Numbered from the stretch's first letter, positions 26,986-40,688 are shown. The stretch: 64,000 bases of DNA from Leucoraja ocellata (GCA_036785375.1 JAWMAR010000167.1:4712001-4776000); one strand, 5' to 3'. The notes: a model not told the origin generated them from the letters alone. Program-made: numbers and translations.

Positions 26986-27539
26986 AGTTGATGGAGAGGT
27001 GAAGACAATAGATGATTTAAAGATTGGGCATCAGTTTTTCTTAAGTCTCACCTCCAGGTATATTTTTCCCACAGTTTTTGTAGCTCTCCGTATCTCTTGC
27101 ATGTTTCTTTACCTTTTTGACTCTAATCTTGTGTGTGGTTGTTATTAGTCACTTACAACAGGGCTTCAATTTTGATGGTCACAAACTTTCAGCTGCACCT
27201 TCCTGTAGCTGACTCATTGGGTCATAAGATGAATGTGTCACTTTAATTCTACAATCAGTTTACAGACTATCAACAGGTGATAAGGAATTGTCTGAACAGG
27301 ATGCGGTAAATTGCAGAGATGGAGGGAAGGGAAAGAGTTTTTTAAAAATCCATAGTTAGAGAATGCCATTTTGATTTTCAAATTTTATTTACATTTTTGG
27401 GAATTAGTTTTCCTTTTGTCAGTTTAACAAAATAATTCCACAGCAACGGACTTGGTTGACAAAGTGGTCAAAAGTGAACACACAAACAGATCTACATTGA
27501 CGACAATATCTATTCTTATGTTGCACTCTAAAATAGTAA

Positions 27540-28100
27540 ACCATCCCTAGATGCTTGATGGAAATGTTAGCAAATAAAATTTAACACAAACCACTTAAAG
27601 ACAGCAACATTTAAAACATGGGTTTTAAGGGGTACCTTCGAAGAGGAAAGAAGGGGAGAGAGGCAGAAAGATTGTGAGAGTGGATTCCAGTTCAGAGCTT
27701 CGATTATTGCCAATTGAAGATCTGATGAAGTATGAAGTAACGAAGACTAGAATTCCAACTGTACAGATATTGTGGTGGGTTGAAAGAATAGAGGATATTA
27801 ATAGAAGAGAGACAAGGACATTAAGCAGTGGAACATTACACCAAGAATTTTAAAACTTCGTGTTTACATGAGAGCAAGTACATTAGTGATTGGATTTGGT
27901 GTGAATTGGGAATAAGGACAGAAAGGTTGTGGGTAACCTTGTATTTATGGAAATAGAAAGATGAAGGCTCTGTAGGAATAGTTAACTCAAAGTGTAACAA
28001 AGGCATGGATGAGGTCTTCAGTTGCTGATGACACATAATATGGAGGTGGAAATAGGAAGTCCGTGCAATGACATGATACATGGCCTGGAACACATTTTAA
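27540..28100 (-). mobile_element. Old L2-clade LINE 3' fragment
   Basis: Minus strand reads DLIHAFVTL*VNYS (L2 consensus LIHAFVTSRLDY) with an upstream ARTSYFHL. Heavily decayed. Confidence 0.6.
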
Positions 28101-28230
28101 GCCAAAGGGAAACTAAGATCCCAAAATATTTTTTGTCCACAGGTGGGTCTTATGGAGATGGATAGTAATCAGGAATCTAGTAGGAACATTTTAATATCCT
28201 GAAAATGTCAAGTGAGGTGACAGTGAGGTG

Positions 28231-28284
28231 CAGCCTACAAGAGGAATCAACACATTCTTCAGCCTACAAGAGGAATCAACACAT
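28231..28284. repeat. Local tandem duplication, period 29 bp
   Basis: cagcctacaagaggaatcaacacat occurs at 28231-28255 and 28260-28284. Confidence 0.9.
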
Positions 28285-31200
28285 ACTTTTGTACCATATA
28301 TCTGTCAGGGATGAAGGTGAGGAATGTCAAGAATAGACTATCGGGGGGGGGGGGGGGGGGGGGGGGGGACAAAAAGTAGTAATCATTTATGAGGAGGAAA
28401 AGGCCTTGGAAGTGTCTTCCATGGATATCATTCTTGAGAGAATGGAACCAGGTTAGGCCTGGTGTTAGGCAAGGACCTCAATGGTGGAACAGGCGGAGGA
28501 TGATGGCTGACTTTAGTGGAGCGTCACAATGCTGGGAAGGCAGATGAAGGCTGCAGCAGAAAAGGGTCTCCAGTCATCTTGGACTCCATGCCACTGGATC
28601 CTGACCCAGATCTATCAAGGACCGTGTGGTGGCTCGCTGTGCACCAGTCTCCCCACGTTAAACAAAGTCACGCACAGGTGTCCTCCAACCCCAGGCAAGG
28701 AGTCTCGCCCTGATCAGTGTGTCAAGAGGAGAATGCTACCGCAAACAACAAAGAGCTGGAAGGACTCAGCAGGTTGGACAGCATTTGTGTAGGGATTGGG
28801 CAGACATAGTTTCAGAGGAAGGTGTTGAGTTGAAGGGGTTATGATGAAATAATAATTTGTAATGGAGGAGTGAGGACATGTGTAGCTTTAAATTCCTTGG
28901 GTACTAATGATGTGCAAAAATACAAATGAATTTGAAGGAGGAACAAAATATAACATCATGGGGCATGCTGTATAACAACGAAAAATCCAGAAAAGCAAGT
29001 ATAATACAATTGATTTCTTACGGCTGATACATCCTAACAAAATCTGTATATGATGCAACATTTTGTGAAAAAAACATTTATCAATGGAATGTATGCATTT
29101 GTCAATTTGTTATGACAATGAAGAAATGCTTTGCGTTTAATTTAACGTAAAACCTAAGCATGTGGGACTGAACAATGTCCACAACCCTCTATTCACAAAT
29201 TCAAGAGACAAAGATATTATGTATTTAAAGCACAAGTGGCCTTACACTCCATTGCATAACATATTGCATTGAATATCAGCGTTTTAGATCATTTGAACAA
29301 ATTTCAAACTTAAAACAAGATTAAAACAACATGACATCTTAAAAGTGCAAAGTGCAATCAAAGCTGCCATACTGCCTTTTAAAAAGACACAAACAAGAGA
29401 TGCATAATTGGCAGCAGAATCTGTGTTAAGATGAAGAGTGAAATTTCCATTCACTGATTCAGTACATCATAGAAAAGACAAGCATTAAGGCATTAAAATA
29501 TACGCAACTTGTTCTAATTTTCGTTTTGCAATTCCAGTTAATACACATTGGCCGAGGAATGTTCGGGTGCCAATTAGGTTCCAAAAGTGGCGCACTTATG
29601 ACCATTTTGATTGCTGGTTACTGCAAATTTCAGCTGCAAACGAAGCCCAAGATCTCTGAAAGTACATTTCTCTATCGCAAAGTGCGCTACCCAAGATTGG
29701 CAATTCAGTCAGCAAGCTAAAGATCAGAGCTGAAGGGATAGAAGGAGAAAAGGTTTGAGCCTGGGGTCAGGGTACTGAGCTTGTAGGCTCGGGAAGGGCA
29801 GTATTGACGGTGGTCATTGTGGAGAGGCGTCAGTGTGAGAAAAGTGAATACAATATTTAATGTAGAGGGGTCGCAATCTAAACCCAGTCAATATCCCCAA
29901 CAATATTGATCTGAGGCAATTTGTTCTAATTTCCCCAGCAATCCTCCAATAGGAGCATTCAATGGAATGCATATAACAGATTAAGTATACAAAGGTAAGA
30001 GAAACAATTTAATAATTGTCATTATCACGTCACTCAGATGGAAGTCAATTCTCAATTGCGTACAGCTGCAAAAGCATGAAACATTTGAACTTCTTGGCAA
30101 TCGTTTGGTTTATAAATTCACTGGAAATATTTGTTTTCCCTTTTAAACCTGTGTGTGTGTGGTTGCACAAATCAGACTGCACCCCAAAGTGCCACCAGCA
30201 TTAATTCACAATCTTTTTGCTCACAACAAGTTTAAGTATAAATGCGCCCCTGAAAAAAACAACGACAAAAACAAATGAGAAAGAATTATAAAACTTTTCA
30301 CATCACAAGGTTCAGCCACAACTGACAAGACTGCAAAAATAAGAAAGGGTATTCAGCTAACAAACAATTACACAAAATTAACAACATAACCCTCAAGAAA
30401 TGAAAACTTGACCACCCACATTAGCAATCATAGTTCAACTGCACAGCCAGCATTATTTTTTATAATCCACTGGGTCATTTTATATAAAAAATGTGCATTC
30501 TGTACTTATCGTTTCCTGTTTCACAAAAATAATAAACAATATTCAGGTGGACATTTGATGGTTCATATTGAATAATAATTATTTCATCCTAGGCTATTTG
30601 TCAGTTGCAAAAAGTCTCAACATATTAATCAATTAAAATAAAAGTATATGTTTGTTACACAGCCACATTTAAAATCACATACGGAAGTAATTTCACTTAC
30701 GAAGTAATATGTTTTAGCTTAATGGCTGACTGAACAGATTACAGAAAAAAATGATCATTCTGGTATTTTTAAAATGACCATTCTGGTATTTGTTTCGCAT
30801 TCATGAATTCGATAGGGATTGCACAAAATGTTAACAAGCATGCACACTGAGGCAAAAGCCAATCTCACTTCAGTGCTGATGTAAGATTCCTTTGAGCAGA
30901 GGGGGAAAGAATGGTTCTGCAATTTTATTTTGCTTGCGATGTCAGGTCAACAGCTAGCTTTACCACAACGATGACCAATTCTTTGGCTGGATTAGCTCCT
31001 CTTTTAACCAAAAATCATAGAGGTGAGGAAAAAGGACATGGCAAAACTTTCAAGGTAGTTCAGAGCATTTAAAAACATTTAAAAGTTTGATGGTTACAAT
31101 TTTGAACAAAATAATTTGCAAAATTGACTTAAAGTTAAAATCATGATACCAAAATCCTTCAAAATACAGAGAAAAACACATTAAAAAATAATGTAGCAAG

Positions 31201-32069
31201 GAAAAAACAAGCTTTGAATGTAGCACAAAATATATGGGAATTTTGATAAAGAATCGACAAACTATTCAGGTAGCTACATATCACATTGATGTTTCAATTG
31301 TTAAGATTCAGTTGGTATTTTCCAATTGCTCTCTTTAAAAGTATGCAGCTTCTAAGCAGGGAATTTTAGTATGTTTATTCCCCTTTTAAAAGATGAAATT
31401 GAAATGGTAAGAAACCAGCAGCCCTTCATTTTATTTGATAGAATAGTAGCATTGGAAACTCATTTAATATTTTTTCTTTAAAAATAAATCATTTGGAAAT
31501 CTGCATTAAAGGCCTTTTGTCAGGTCACCCGGCCACATTATAAACTTCTCCTACGACTAACGTCACTGTGCATGGTCATAATTTCAGACCACGTTAAGAG
31601 CTGTAAGAAACCATAGTGCCACCTACGGGGATTAGTTAACTAAATAGCTCTTGCGGTTTCGAGATCAGCGTCATATTTGTAACCCAAGGTGCTATATTAG
31701 GCTAGATGAAGACATCGCTCCTCCGTGACGTTCCTCGAATCATCTCGTGGAAAAATGGACCTATTATGGTTGATTCCACAAATCACATAACACAACTCAG
31801 ACTGTTATTTAACTCTGTACAAAATGTGGAAGGAAACTTGGAAAAAAAAAATTATACCAGTGGACACTGAATAAATACTCATGTAAATATGTGAAATGAA
31901 ACATGAAATTAAAAGGCAGAAGCTATAAATCCTGGATGCATAGAACAGGTCCATCAACAGCTGATTAAAACATATCAGTATAGACTTCAGTAGAATGCAC
32001 AAAAACGTTTGCAAATCTATATATTTTTTCCTTCTGATTGTTGACAGGAATTCATGTGCTTTTTCATCA

Positions 32070-32075
32070 TTTATT
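32070..32075 (-). terminator. Candidate proximal poly(A) signal (AATAAA) of CHUK
   Basis: tttatt on the plus strand about 325 nt after the stop; other candidates lie further downstream. Confidence 0.35.
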
Positions 32076-32398
32076 GTTTCTATTACTTTATGCAAACCTC
32101 AGCAAAATATCTAGAGGAACTTTATAAACTGTTACTGCAGCAACTGTGTTGTGAAAGCTAACAGTAGATGACAAAGTGATAAAGCAGCATATTGGCAGCT
32201 TAGTGCATTCATGTGTTAGCTGAACTGCAACAGTGCAACTAAAATGCCAAGAGACTTCTGAGAGACAGAGGGATTGAGTTTCCAAGCTCCAGAAATATGA
32301 CTTTTCTTCAGAGCATTCACCACTGCAAATCCACACCGTCTCATGATCCTCCAGTGCTCAGGGCTCAAGGAATCAACTGCCACACCAAAATATGAATT

Positions 32399-32446
32399 TC
32401 AGGGTCTGTCTGATACCATTTCTTCCAGCCAACTCCAATCAAGAGA
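32399..32446 (-). CDS. CHUK: CHUK last coding exon (human exon 21 equivalent), NEMO-binding domain
   Basis: tttcag|TCT CTT GAT TGG AGT TGG CTG...; SLDWSWLEEMVSDRP*. Confidence 0.96.
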   Translation of the reverse strand, partial: SLDWSWLEEMVSDRP

Positions 32447-33418
32447 CTGAAAAACAAAAGTTAATGAATGCTGACTACTGTGTATTGCGAAGAAAATCAA
32501 TTTTCCATCCACTTCATCCATCAAACAAGGCAAGCTTTCTTCTCTTACAGTGTGAATGCCCATGCTTGGTTACAATGATATTGATAAACCTTCATGTTAA
32601 CTAAGTAACATAAGGCAGAGTTCAAGATAGTACAAGGTATAGGATCGCTCCTGTGTGCGGACCAAAACAAATTACAGGCCTGGCTGCATTTAACAGTTTG
32701 CACACAGCAATGTCATGAATTTCAAAATGCATTACGTCGATTGATTGAAAATGTTTACAATATAAAAACACTGTAACTCGAATCATTCAATACTGAAATG
32801 TAACATTTTAATATTATAGGCGAAATGTAATATTTTACATTAAAATGTTAAGATCTGTAATAGCCAAGACCTATTCTTCAAAAGCTGCTCAATGGCAAGT
32901 CTTTTCTACTGCAAGGTTTACAGAGAAATTGCCACCATGACTTGCTGTAGCAGTTACTTTTGGAATAACACAGCAGGAGATCTTGCCATAAAGGTTAATC
33001 AGTAAGGTCAGGTGATGAGCCGCAAACTTGACTATCTTGCTAATTATGTCAACGGGCCCTTCTATGCAAAATTAAAGAATCAGAAAATCGCAGCATAGGA
33101 ATGGGCCACCTAAGCCTACCATGCCCCATGCTGATCATTCTGCCCATCTACACTAACCCCATTTGTCTGCATTAGAACATAAACTATTGAACAGTATGGC
33201 ACAGGATCAGTCCTTTCGGCGCATAGTCAATGCCAAACACGAGGTCAAGACCAAACGTTATCTGTCTGCATATAATCCATATCTCTCCATTACCTGGATA
33301 CCCAATGCTTATTTAGAAGTTTCCCAAATGCTCCTATCAGACCCAAATGCTCCAGGTATTCTCCACTATCTGTGTCAATAACATGCCTTGCACATTTCCA
33401 CATCCTTCCTGTAATGGG

Positions 33419-33450
<32 letters not shown>

Positions 33451-33799
33451 ACTGAACCGAAGTCCTATAAAGTTACATCATGATTTCCTGACTCTTATAC
33501 TCAATGCTCAGGCCGATGAAGCATGCACACCATATCCTTCAGGAGCCTGTTTATTTTAAATGTCTCAAAATATGTAATTGCATCCGATTCCATCACTTCC
33601 TCTGGATATCAGATATCAGCCATTCATTGTGTAAAAAACCAAACCCTCAGATTCCTCAGGATGTGTTTTGGGGAAACAAAATATAACGGCTACATTGTCA
33701 TGAGTCGTAACAGGAGAATAGGTCTTAGTTTCTTCTAAAAACAACAAGTCCCGCTAAATAGCTGAAAACATCACAATTAAAATACTGAATCATTCTTAC

Positions 33800-33899
33800 C
33801 GACATGCTGTATTTCTGGTCTGATAGAGTTTCCTGCATCAGACTGTGCAACTGGCTGCAGAAACTCTGGTTTTCTTCAATTACAGTCATGGATGATTCA
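33800..33899 (-). CDS. CHUK: CHUK exon 20 equivalent (100 bp)
   Basis: tttcag|...|gtaaga; (S)ESSMTVIEENQSFCSQLHSLMQETLSDQKYSMS; phases fit both neighbours. Confidence 0.92.
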
Positions 33900-34089
33900 C
33901 TGAAAGGCAGGATAGATGAATGAAGAAAATGGGAATAGAACATAACAGCCCATCAAGTCTGTCAGGTCCTCAGAACAGTAATCCAGTTATTACAGACTTC
34001 CTTATAACAGATGTCTATTATGTTGGACAAAGTCTGTTATAACCGAGGCGTCCGTTTGTATCAGCAACAAAAGACCGGGTTTTAGACAA

Positions 34090-34340
34090 TAGTAAGCCAT
34101 TGCTGATCATCCACAATCAGTACCCCGATCCTGCCTTCTCCCCATATCCCTTGACACTGCTATCTTTAAGAGCTCTAACTCTCTCTTGAAAGCATCCAGA
34201 GAACTCCACTGTCTTCTGAGGCAGAGAATTCCACAGATTCACAACTCTCTGGGCGAAAACGTTTTTCCTCATCTCCGTTCTAAATGGCCAACGCCTTATT
34301 CTTAAACTGTGGCCCCTGGTTCTGGACTCTCCCGGGAACA
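34090..34340 (-). mobile_element. CR1-type LINE 3' fragment
   Basis: TRGHSLRIRRWPFRTEMRKNVFAQRVVNLWNSLP, the classic CR1 ORF2 C-terminus. Confidence 0.85.
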
Positions 34341-34689
34341 CGCATACCCGACTCATCCACACATCCCAACCCCCAAGACCATGCAAGGCGTGGGCTCGTT
34401 ATTCTACAAAATCACATTTCACATGTCTCTCTGCTGCAACAAATACAGTGTGATGAAACCCAGAAATGAAGAGCGAAGCAGGCAGTGTCTTTGAAAGTCA
34501 GGCAGGTCCACATAATGACACATTAATGTTCCCATGGGAACCTTTACATATCCTTGGCAACCATCTGTAGCATTTAATCATTGACTGGAAGTTAAAATGG
34601 TTGGAGCATGTACAAATCTTTGTCACCAAGATCCATATTGACTGAACTAATCCGTTATCTAGAAATCCACGTCACTAATCTACATCCAA

Positions 34690-34998
34690 AATGGCACAAT
34701 GATGCAGTTGATAGAGCTGCTGCCTCACAGCGCCAGACACCAGGAGCTGTTTGTGTGGAGTCTGCACGTTCTCCATGTGATCACATGGATTTCCTCCAGG
34801 TGGTTTCTCTGGTTTCCTCCCACATCCCAAGGACGTGTGGAATTGTAGGTTAATTGGCCTCTGTCAATTGCCCTTTGTTTGTAAGGAGTGGATGAGAAAG
34901 TGGGATAACATGGAACCAGCATGAATGGGAGATCGATGGCTGGGTTTGATGGGCCAAGCCAAAGGGCATGTTTCCATGCTGTACAAGTCAACTAAAAT
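34690..34998 (+). mobile_element. HE1-like V-SINE copy
   Basis: gtgtggagtctgcacgttctcc V domain plus tail. Confidence 0.7.
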
Positions 34999-35537
34999 AG
35001 CTGTGATCTGATGTTAAAGCAAAAAAAATGTTGCTGTAAATTTCAGTCTAAAAAAAGCTGTTTATCACAACCTTCTGGACACAACCCTAGGCCAATCCTG
35101 TATGTACAGTATGCTGCCAATGCCCTGCTGCTTTTGCATATAAATCCATACCCAGGCAAAATATTATTTTCCGCATGTAAAGCTTTCCTTGAACTCAGCA
35201 CTGCTTTCATACTTAATATATCTGTTCCCAATAAATGATGTGTGTGCCAGAAGCATAATCACATTTTTCATTTCATCCATTTGAGTTAACACAATTTAAA
35301 ATATGTCTAACAGGGTAAATCAGTAGCTGAACCAAAACCTGAGTTCTGACCATGCATAGAGCTAACACTGTATACATTAAAACATAGCTGTATTGCCAGA
35401 AGTACACTTTCCACATTTATATCATTTTCTTTGTATATATTAGCTGATTTTGCACAATCAAATATAATTTTTTAATAAAAATTGTAACTGTAAATATTTA
35501 ACAAGAGAAGACTGGGCAACATCCAAATAGTTAATAC

Positions 35538-35680
35538 CTGTTCTTCAACAAGGAAATAGAGGACAACGGGTTCGGCAAAGTATTCTGTGGTGTTAAAGTT
35601 TGGGCCTGTTGTGCCCACCCTAAACCATGGGGTGAACCTGACGATTCGAGACTGGCACTTTCAGGCCCTCGAGCCGTGCT
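35538..35680 (-). CDS. CHUK: CHUK exon 19 equivalent (143 bp), Ser-rich linker
   Basis: tttcag|...|gtatta; STARGPESASLESSGSPHGLGWAQQAQTLTPQNTLPNPLSSISLLKN; phases 0/2 fit the neighbours. Confidence 0.88.
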
Positions 35681-36712
35681 CTGAAAGAAATGAAATTCCA
35701 AAGGATCATTAAATGTTTAATCGATGAGTTTTTTCCAATTTTAAATCAAGAAAGCAGAACGATTGAAAAAAATAATAAGAATTCTCTATTCAGAGTGAGG
35801 ACGAGGGAGTTTGCTGGAATTTCAGTTTTCAACATCTCATGCTCATTCAACGTCCCATTGCAAAAGGAAAAGCTTCCAGACCACAAACATGCTTAACAAA
35901 CAGACCATGTTTTAGCTGTTTAGCACACAGTGAATTGTTCAGCTCATACTTGGAAATTAATCCTATCAATGGAAACAATTTTCATAATCTGATAATTTTT
36001 CAGTAGATAAGACAAGATTTACATAAAAATCATAAACAAGATTTAAAAAATATTTTAAATAGTTAAAAAATACTCCAATTATACTCACACGTATGAATTG
36101 TTAGTTCTCTTATAATTCAAGAGGATTTTTAACATGACACAAGAGATAAAGTAATTACTTAAAGTAGATTAGCAGGAGCAGTGTACAATTTCACCACTTA
36201 ACAGATAATATATTTTCTGATATAACCGCTACTCTACATTCCTGCCTTCTCTACAGTGACCTTTCACTCCCTTAGTCGGCAAAGATCTTTTCACCAGTCT
36301 TCAAAATTACTATAAGACTATCCACCCGGAACTGGAAGTTTCAAGGCTTCTGCAAGAGAAAAAAAAAGGGGGGGGGGGGGGGGAATAAATAAATAAATAA
36401 AATATTTGGGGGGGGGGGGGATAAATAAATAAATAAATAAAGCCAGATAAATAGAAAGAAGTCGCTCCTCATGTTGGCTTTAAATGGACACCTCTTATTT
36501 TTAAACACTAACTCTTGATTCTAGTTTCTCCCAGAAATGAAAACATCCTCAAAACATTAACCCTGTCAAGATTCTTCCAGATCTTATAATGTTTCGATCA
36601 ACTCTCCTCACGTAAAAACAAGACTGATTACTGGAATTGGCATACGAAGTGTTAAAAGAGTTTTTATTTAACTTCACAGCATTGTTAATTTTGGGGAAAA
36701 AGTAGTACTTAC

Positions 36713-36860
36713 ACATGCAATTTTTAACAAATACCATATTTCTTTCTGTCTCTTCTCTTGCGATCTCAACAACATTTTTTCATTTTCTCTAATGTTGTCA
36801 AGCGCCTGTTCAATCTTTGGGAAAAGATCAATGATCTTCTGCTTACAGGCCAACAGCTTA
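36713..36860 (-). CDS. CHUK: CHUK exon 18 equivalent (148 bp)
   Basis: tcacag|...|gtaagt; KLLACKQKIIDLFPKIEQALDNIRENEKMLLRSQEKRQKEIWYLLKIAC. Confidence 0.96.
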
Positions 36861-37104
36861 CTGTGATTTAGAAAGGAAGGCACATGGGGACAAAGATATC
36901 AAGGCAGCTTGCTGATTGTATATTATATTGCTAAAACAATGACATTAACATGCAGCAAGTAACAGATTTGGATGACAATAACTGCAAGGGATTTGTACAT
37001 CTGAGATGACGATACTAATTTCAAGATTTATTAATGGCCTTTTCACACTAGCATGAAAAACCATACACAGTACATGGTAGGACATTTTCGTCTTTGGAAT
37101 TAAA

Positions 37105-37410
37105 TACAGGCAGTCCCCGTGTTACACAAGGGTTCCGTTCCTGAGAACTGTTGGTTAATTAGATCCTTTTGGGTGCCGTCTGTATGGAGTTTGCACATTC
37201 TCCCTGTGACCGCGCGGGTTTCCTCTGGGTGCTCGGGTCTAAGGATGTGCGGGTTTGTAGATTAATTGGCTTCTGTATACTGGACAAGTTGTGTACGGAG
37301 TGGATGGGAAAGTGGTATAACAGAAATAGTGCAAATGAGTGATCAATGGTCAGTGTGGACTTGGTGGCCGAAGGGCATGTTTCCATCCTATATCTCCAAG
37401 CTAAACTACC
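37105..37410 (+). mobile_element. Tigger/pogo-like terminal fragment followed by a V-SINE fragment
   Basis: TA|CAGGCAGTCCCCGTGTTAC at 37105; V domain and SINE tail at ~37165-37410. Confidence 0.55.
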
Positions 37411-38736
37411 CATAAGTAGGAAACAAGTATTTTTTCAGTAAGGGAAAATAAGCAAGTGACAGAAATAATAGCGGCTCACTTGGTTTCATCCAGTTACCAC
37501 AAATACAGTCATGATAGAGCCAGAACACCAACAGAGGCAATGAAATTCCAACAAGACACTTCTTTTTAATGAAGCCACAGTTTAAACACTTTGATATTTG
37601 CCCGCATAGATGCTTTCAACATAAATTATTCAATGTTATATTAAACTTTGAAGACAAACATCCATGATCAAGTACAAGAGACAGGTTTGTTTTCACAGAA
37701 GCATTGTTTGTATTTAGAGTTCTATGGGAGAATTTGCATAAAGTCAAATTTCTGTAAGTGACGGCTTCCATAACCTGGGCAGGAATCAACTTCAGCCAAA
37801 GAATTATGGAAATGTGGGACATTTAGTCCCAGACATTTCAAGTCTCAACCTCACAAGCAGTGACGTTTGAAGAAATATTTACAAACGTTAATTAATCAAG
37901 AAAGTAAAGTTAAAATGGCCAATATTGATCCATCAACCTACAGCATTAATGTAAGGCAGCGAACAATACAGTACAACCCAATATAGTTTAGCTTTCAAAT
38001 ACCTATTACCATTAATCATTTATTATTCCCATGCAAGACAACATTGAATGGTAATGTTGATTAGGAGGGGCATAATTATCAGAGCCACACCTTTCTTTAC
38101 ACAAATGCAACATGAATACAACCTTCAGGTATCGATGTTCGAAATTAGACCATGAAGCCTGGTTGATTTTCGTACTTCCTTACCCTAAGGTAATGAATTG
38201 CGATGAACCCTTTAGAAAGATGGCCCAACTGAACCAGATGAAAGGAATGAACAAGGTGACACAGCGAATAAAGTCAACACTCACAATCTCTTTCCCAGGT
38301 TAGAGGATTCTAAAAGTAAAGGGCATGGGCTTAAGGTGAGAAGGGAGGGATTTAAGAGGGACCTCAAGGACAACGTTTTCACTCAGAGGGCAGTCTGTAT
38401 CTGGGTTGAGCTTCCAGAGGAACCTACAGAAGTGGACTTTTAAAATTCATTTGAACAGAGATGAATATGAGGGGTTTAGAGAGCCGAGGGCTGCATACAG
38501 GAAAATGGGACTGAACCAGTATAGTATCTTGATTAGCATGGATAACATGGACTGGAGTGCCATGACTCTACGAATAGAGATTTATGACTCGATGAAGAGC
38601 AATGAACAGTGAGTACCAAATCTTGCTTATTACCCTTTCCAAAATAAATTTTAAATTAACTTTATTATACATGATATTAAGATATTTTAACTTTTTAAAA
38701 CTACTTATCAAACCCTATCAAATTGAGTGTTTATAC

Positions 38737-38836
38737 CTGAGATGGGTGTAGAGCTCCTTAAGCACACGATCTTGATTCTGCACTGTTTGTACAATGATCT
38801 TCACCATCTCTGTACTGTCTCCATATTGATGTGAGT
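38737..38836 (-). CDS. CHUK: CHUK exon 17 equivalent (100 bp)
   Basis: tttaag|...|gtataa; (D)SHQYGDSTEMVKIIVQTVQNQDRVLKELYTHL(S). Confidence 0.95.
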
Positions 38837-40638
38837 CTTAAAACAAAATATATTCTATAAATGATACAGTCATCTTTGAAGGTCTGTATCTCTCTCCTCA
38901 AATGCTGCTTGACCTGCTGAGTATGTTATCTATAACATTTTGCTGTTTTTATTTCTCACTTCCAACATCTGTCGGGTTTTTTTGTGTTTTTTTTGTTGCT
39001 AATTTTTCACTCCTTCACTTGGAAAGAGTATTTTCTAGGTGAATATTAAAGAACTTGCAACAACAAGAGAAGCAAACGGCAAATCAATTATTTGTGAAAT
39101 AATTCCATTCCCACCACTTTCCATTGAAGTTTGCACTGAAATATCCCCAAAGGCCAGATGCACTGGAGCACATCTACTCAATAGTATTGATAGAAATTAG
39201 ATTGTTGCCATCTATTAACAGTCAAATCAGGGGCTTTCCACGCGACAAATACCGAAGATTATTTGCTTTGCAAACACTAAAAGAAAAAGTAAATTGCCTC
39301 TTAACAAGCTTGCTAACAGGCCAAAGATACGCTAGTCCCACTGCCATAGATGTTATTGATTGGATGCACCAAGTCTTTTAAATGAAAAGTTTGTGATCAA
39401 TGTGCTGAAGAATAAGATGCCACCAGAGGCGTGCAAGCCTGGACATTGTTATAGTGATGTCTGCATTTGCATTCATGAACCAGATGATGGGAGATATGTA
39501 GAATGCAAGCAGACTCAAAAAATATTTATTGAAGTGATCTTATCAACTGCTTGACTGGACAACAGACACACTCCAATCTTCTACTCCCTCCCGGCTTTTC
39601 TAAGCATCATTACGCTCTAGCTAGAAACATTAAGAATCAGCTGGATAATATTAATGTGGCAGCCAAACCAAATGATATCCCATTATTCTGCCCGCTTCAC
39701 CCTGCATATCTATATCAACTGAAATGGGGGGGATTTCTCAGCATTCACTTCCAGAAAGGATATGCCAGCACTTCAGAGTATTTGAAATCCCACTGCTCCT
39801 CCCACTCAATTTTCTTTCTCCTCACTGATTATTTTTTCACATGACTTTGATCAATCTTTCCGAAGATTACATCTGAGTATTGTATAAAGAAGCTGGAATC
39901 TGTGTGATATCAAGGTGTAATTCTGAATTTTATCTTAGATCTACACGTCAACAGCAATCACCACCTACAGAATTCCAACCAATTACACTGAAATTAATTT
40001 ATCTAAAAATAGATACCAAGAAACCATGAACTAAAACCATTCTGTTAGTTGGCGTAGCATCATATGGAAATGTCAAGATGTTTCGATTTCTTATTTTTAA
40101 GTTCAGCTACCTAAGTGAACCTAAACATGGAATGAGCTGCCAGAGGAGGTAATTAAGGCAAGTACTATAATACACTTAAAAGACACTGGGGACATGGATA
40201 GGTTTAGTGGTATATGGGCCAAATGCAGGGAAATGGGACTAGCTCGGATGGGGAATCTTGGTCAGCATGGACGAGTTGAGCTGAAGGCCCTGCTTCAATG
40301 CTGTATAATTCTATACCTCTCATTCTCATGACATATTCTGCATTAGTACAGCTCCTCAACCTTACATACTGTTTTTGTTTGCAATACAGCTCTTGCACAT
40401 TAATTCAGGCCTTTACAAAAGGTCCACTAAAATCATAAGATAGGACAATACAAATTTAAAAAAATTTCTGCAATAAACTCAAAATTAGTTTTAAAATCAT
40501 GAACTAGTTCTTGTTGTTTACGGATAGACAAGATAAACCTAATAAAAAAGTTTAAGACTTATTTCACACACTTTAACACTGTGTTCATAAAGATAGAAGC
40601 TAAAATGCCAACTACAGAGTTAAAAATAAGCACAATAC

Positions 40639-40688
40639 CTTTTGGTTTTCCCTTGAGCTTTCTGTATAAATCAATAGCTTTCTGCTCA
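40639..40688 (-). CDS. CHUK: CHUK exon 16 equivalent (50 bp)
   Basis: ttctag|...|gtattg; EQKAIDLYRKLKGKPK. Confidence 0.93.

Noticed and set aside
28231-28284. Direct repeat resembling a CRISPR unit
   Set aside because: Only two copies with a 4-nt gap, no spacers and a eukaryotic context.
36358-36442. A-run, G-run and (TAAA)n duplicated block
   Set aside because: Simple slippage repeats, possibly inflated by homopolymer sequencing error.
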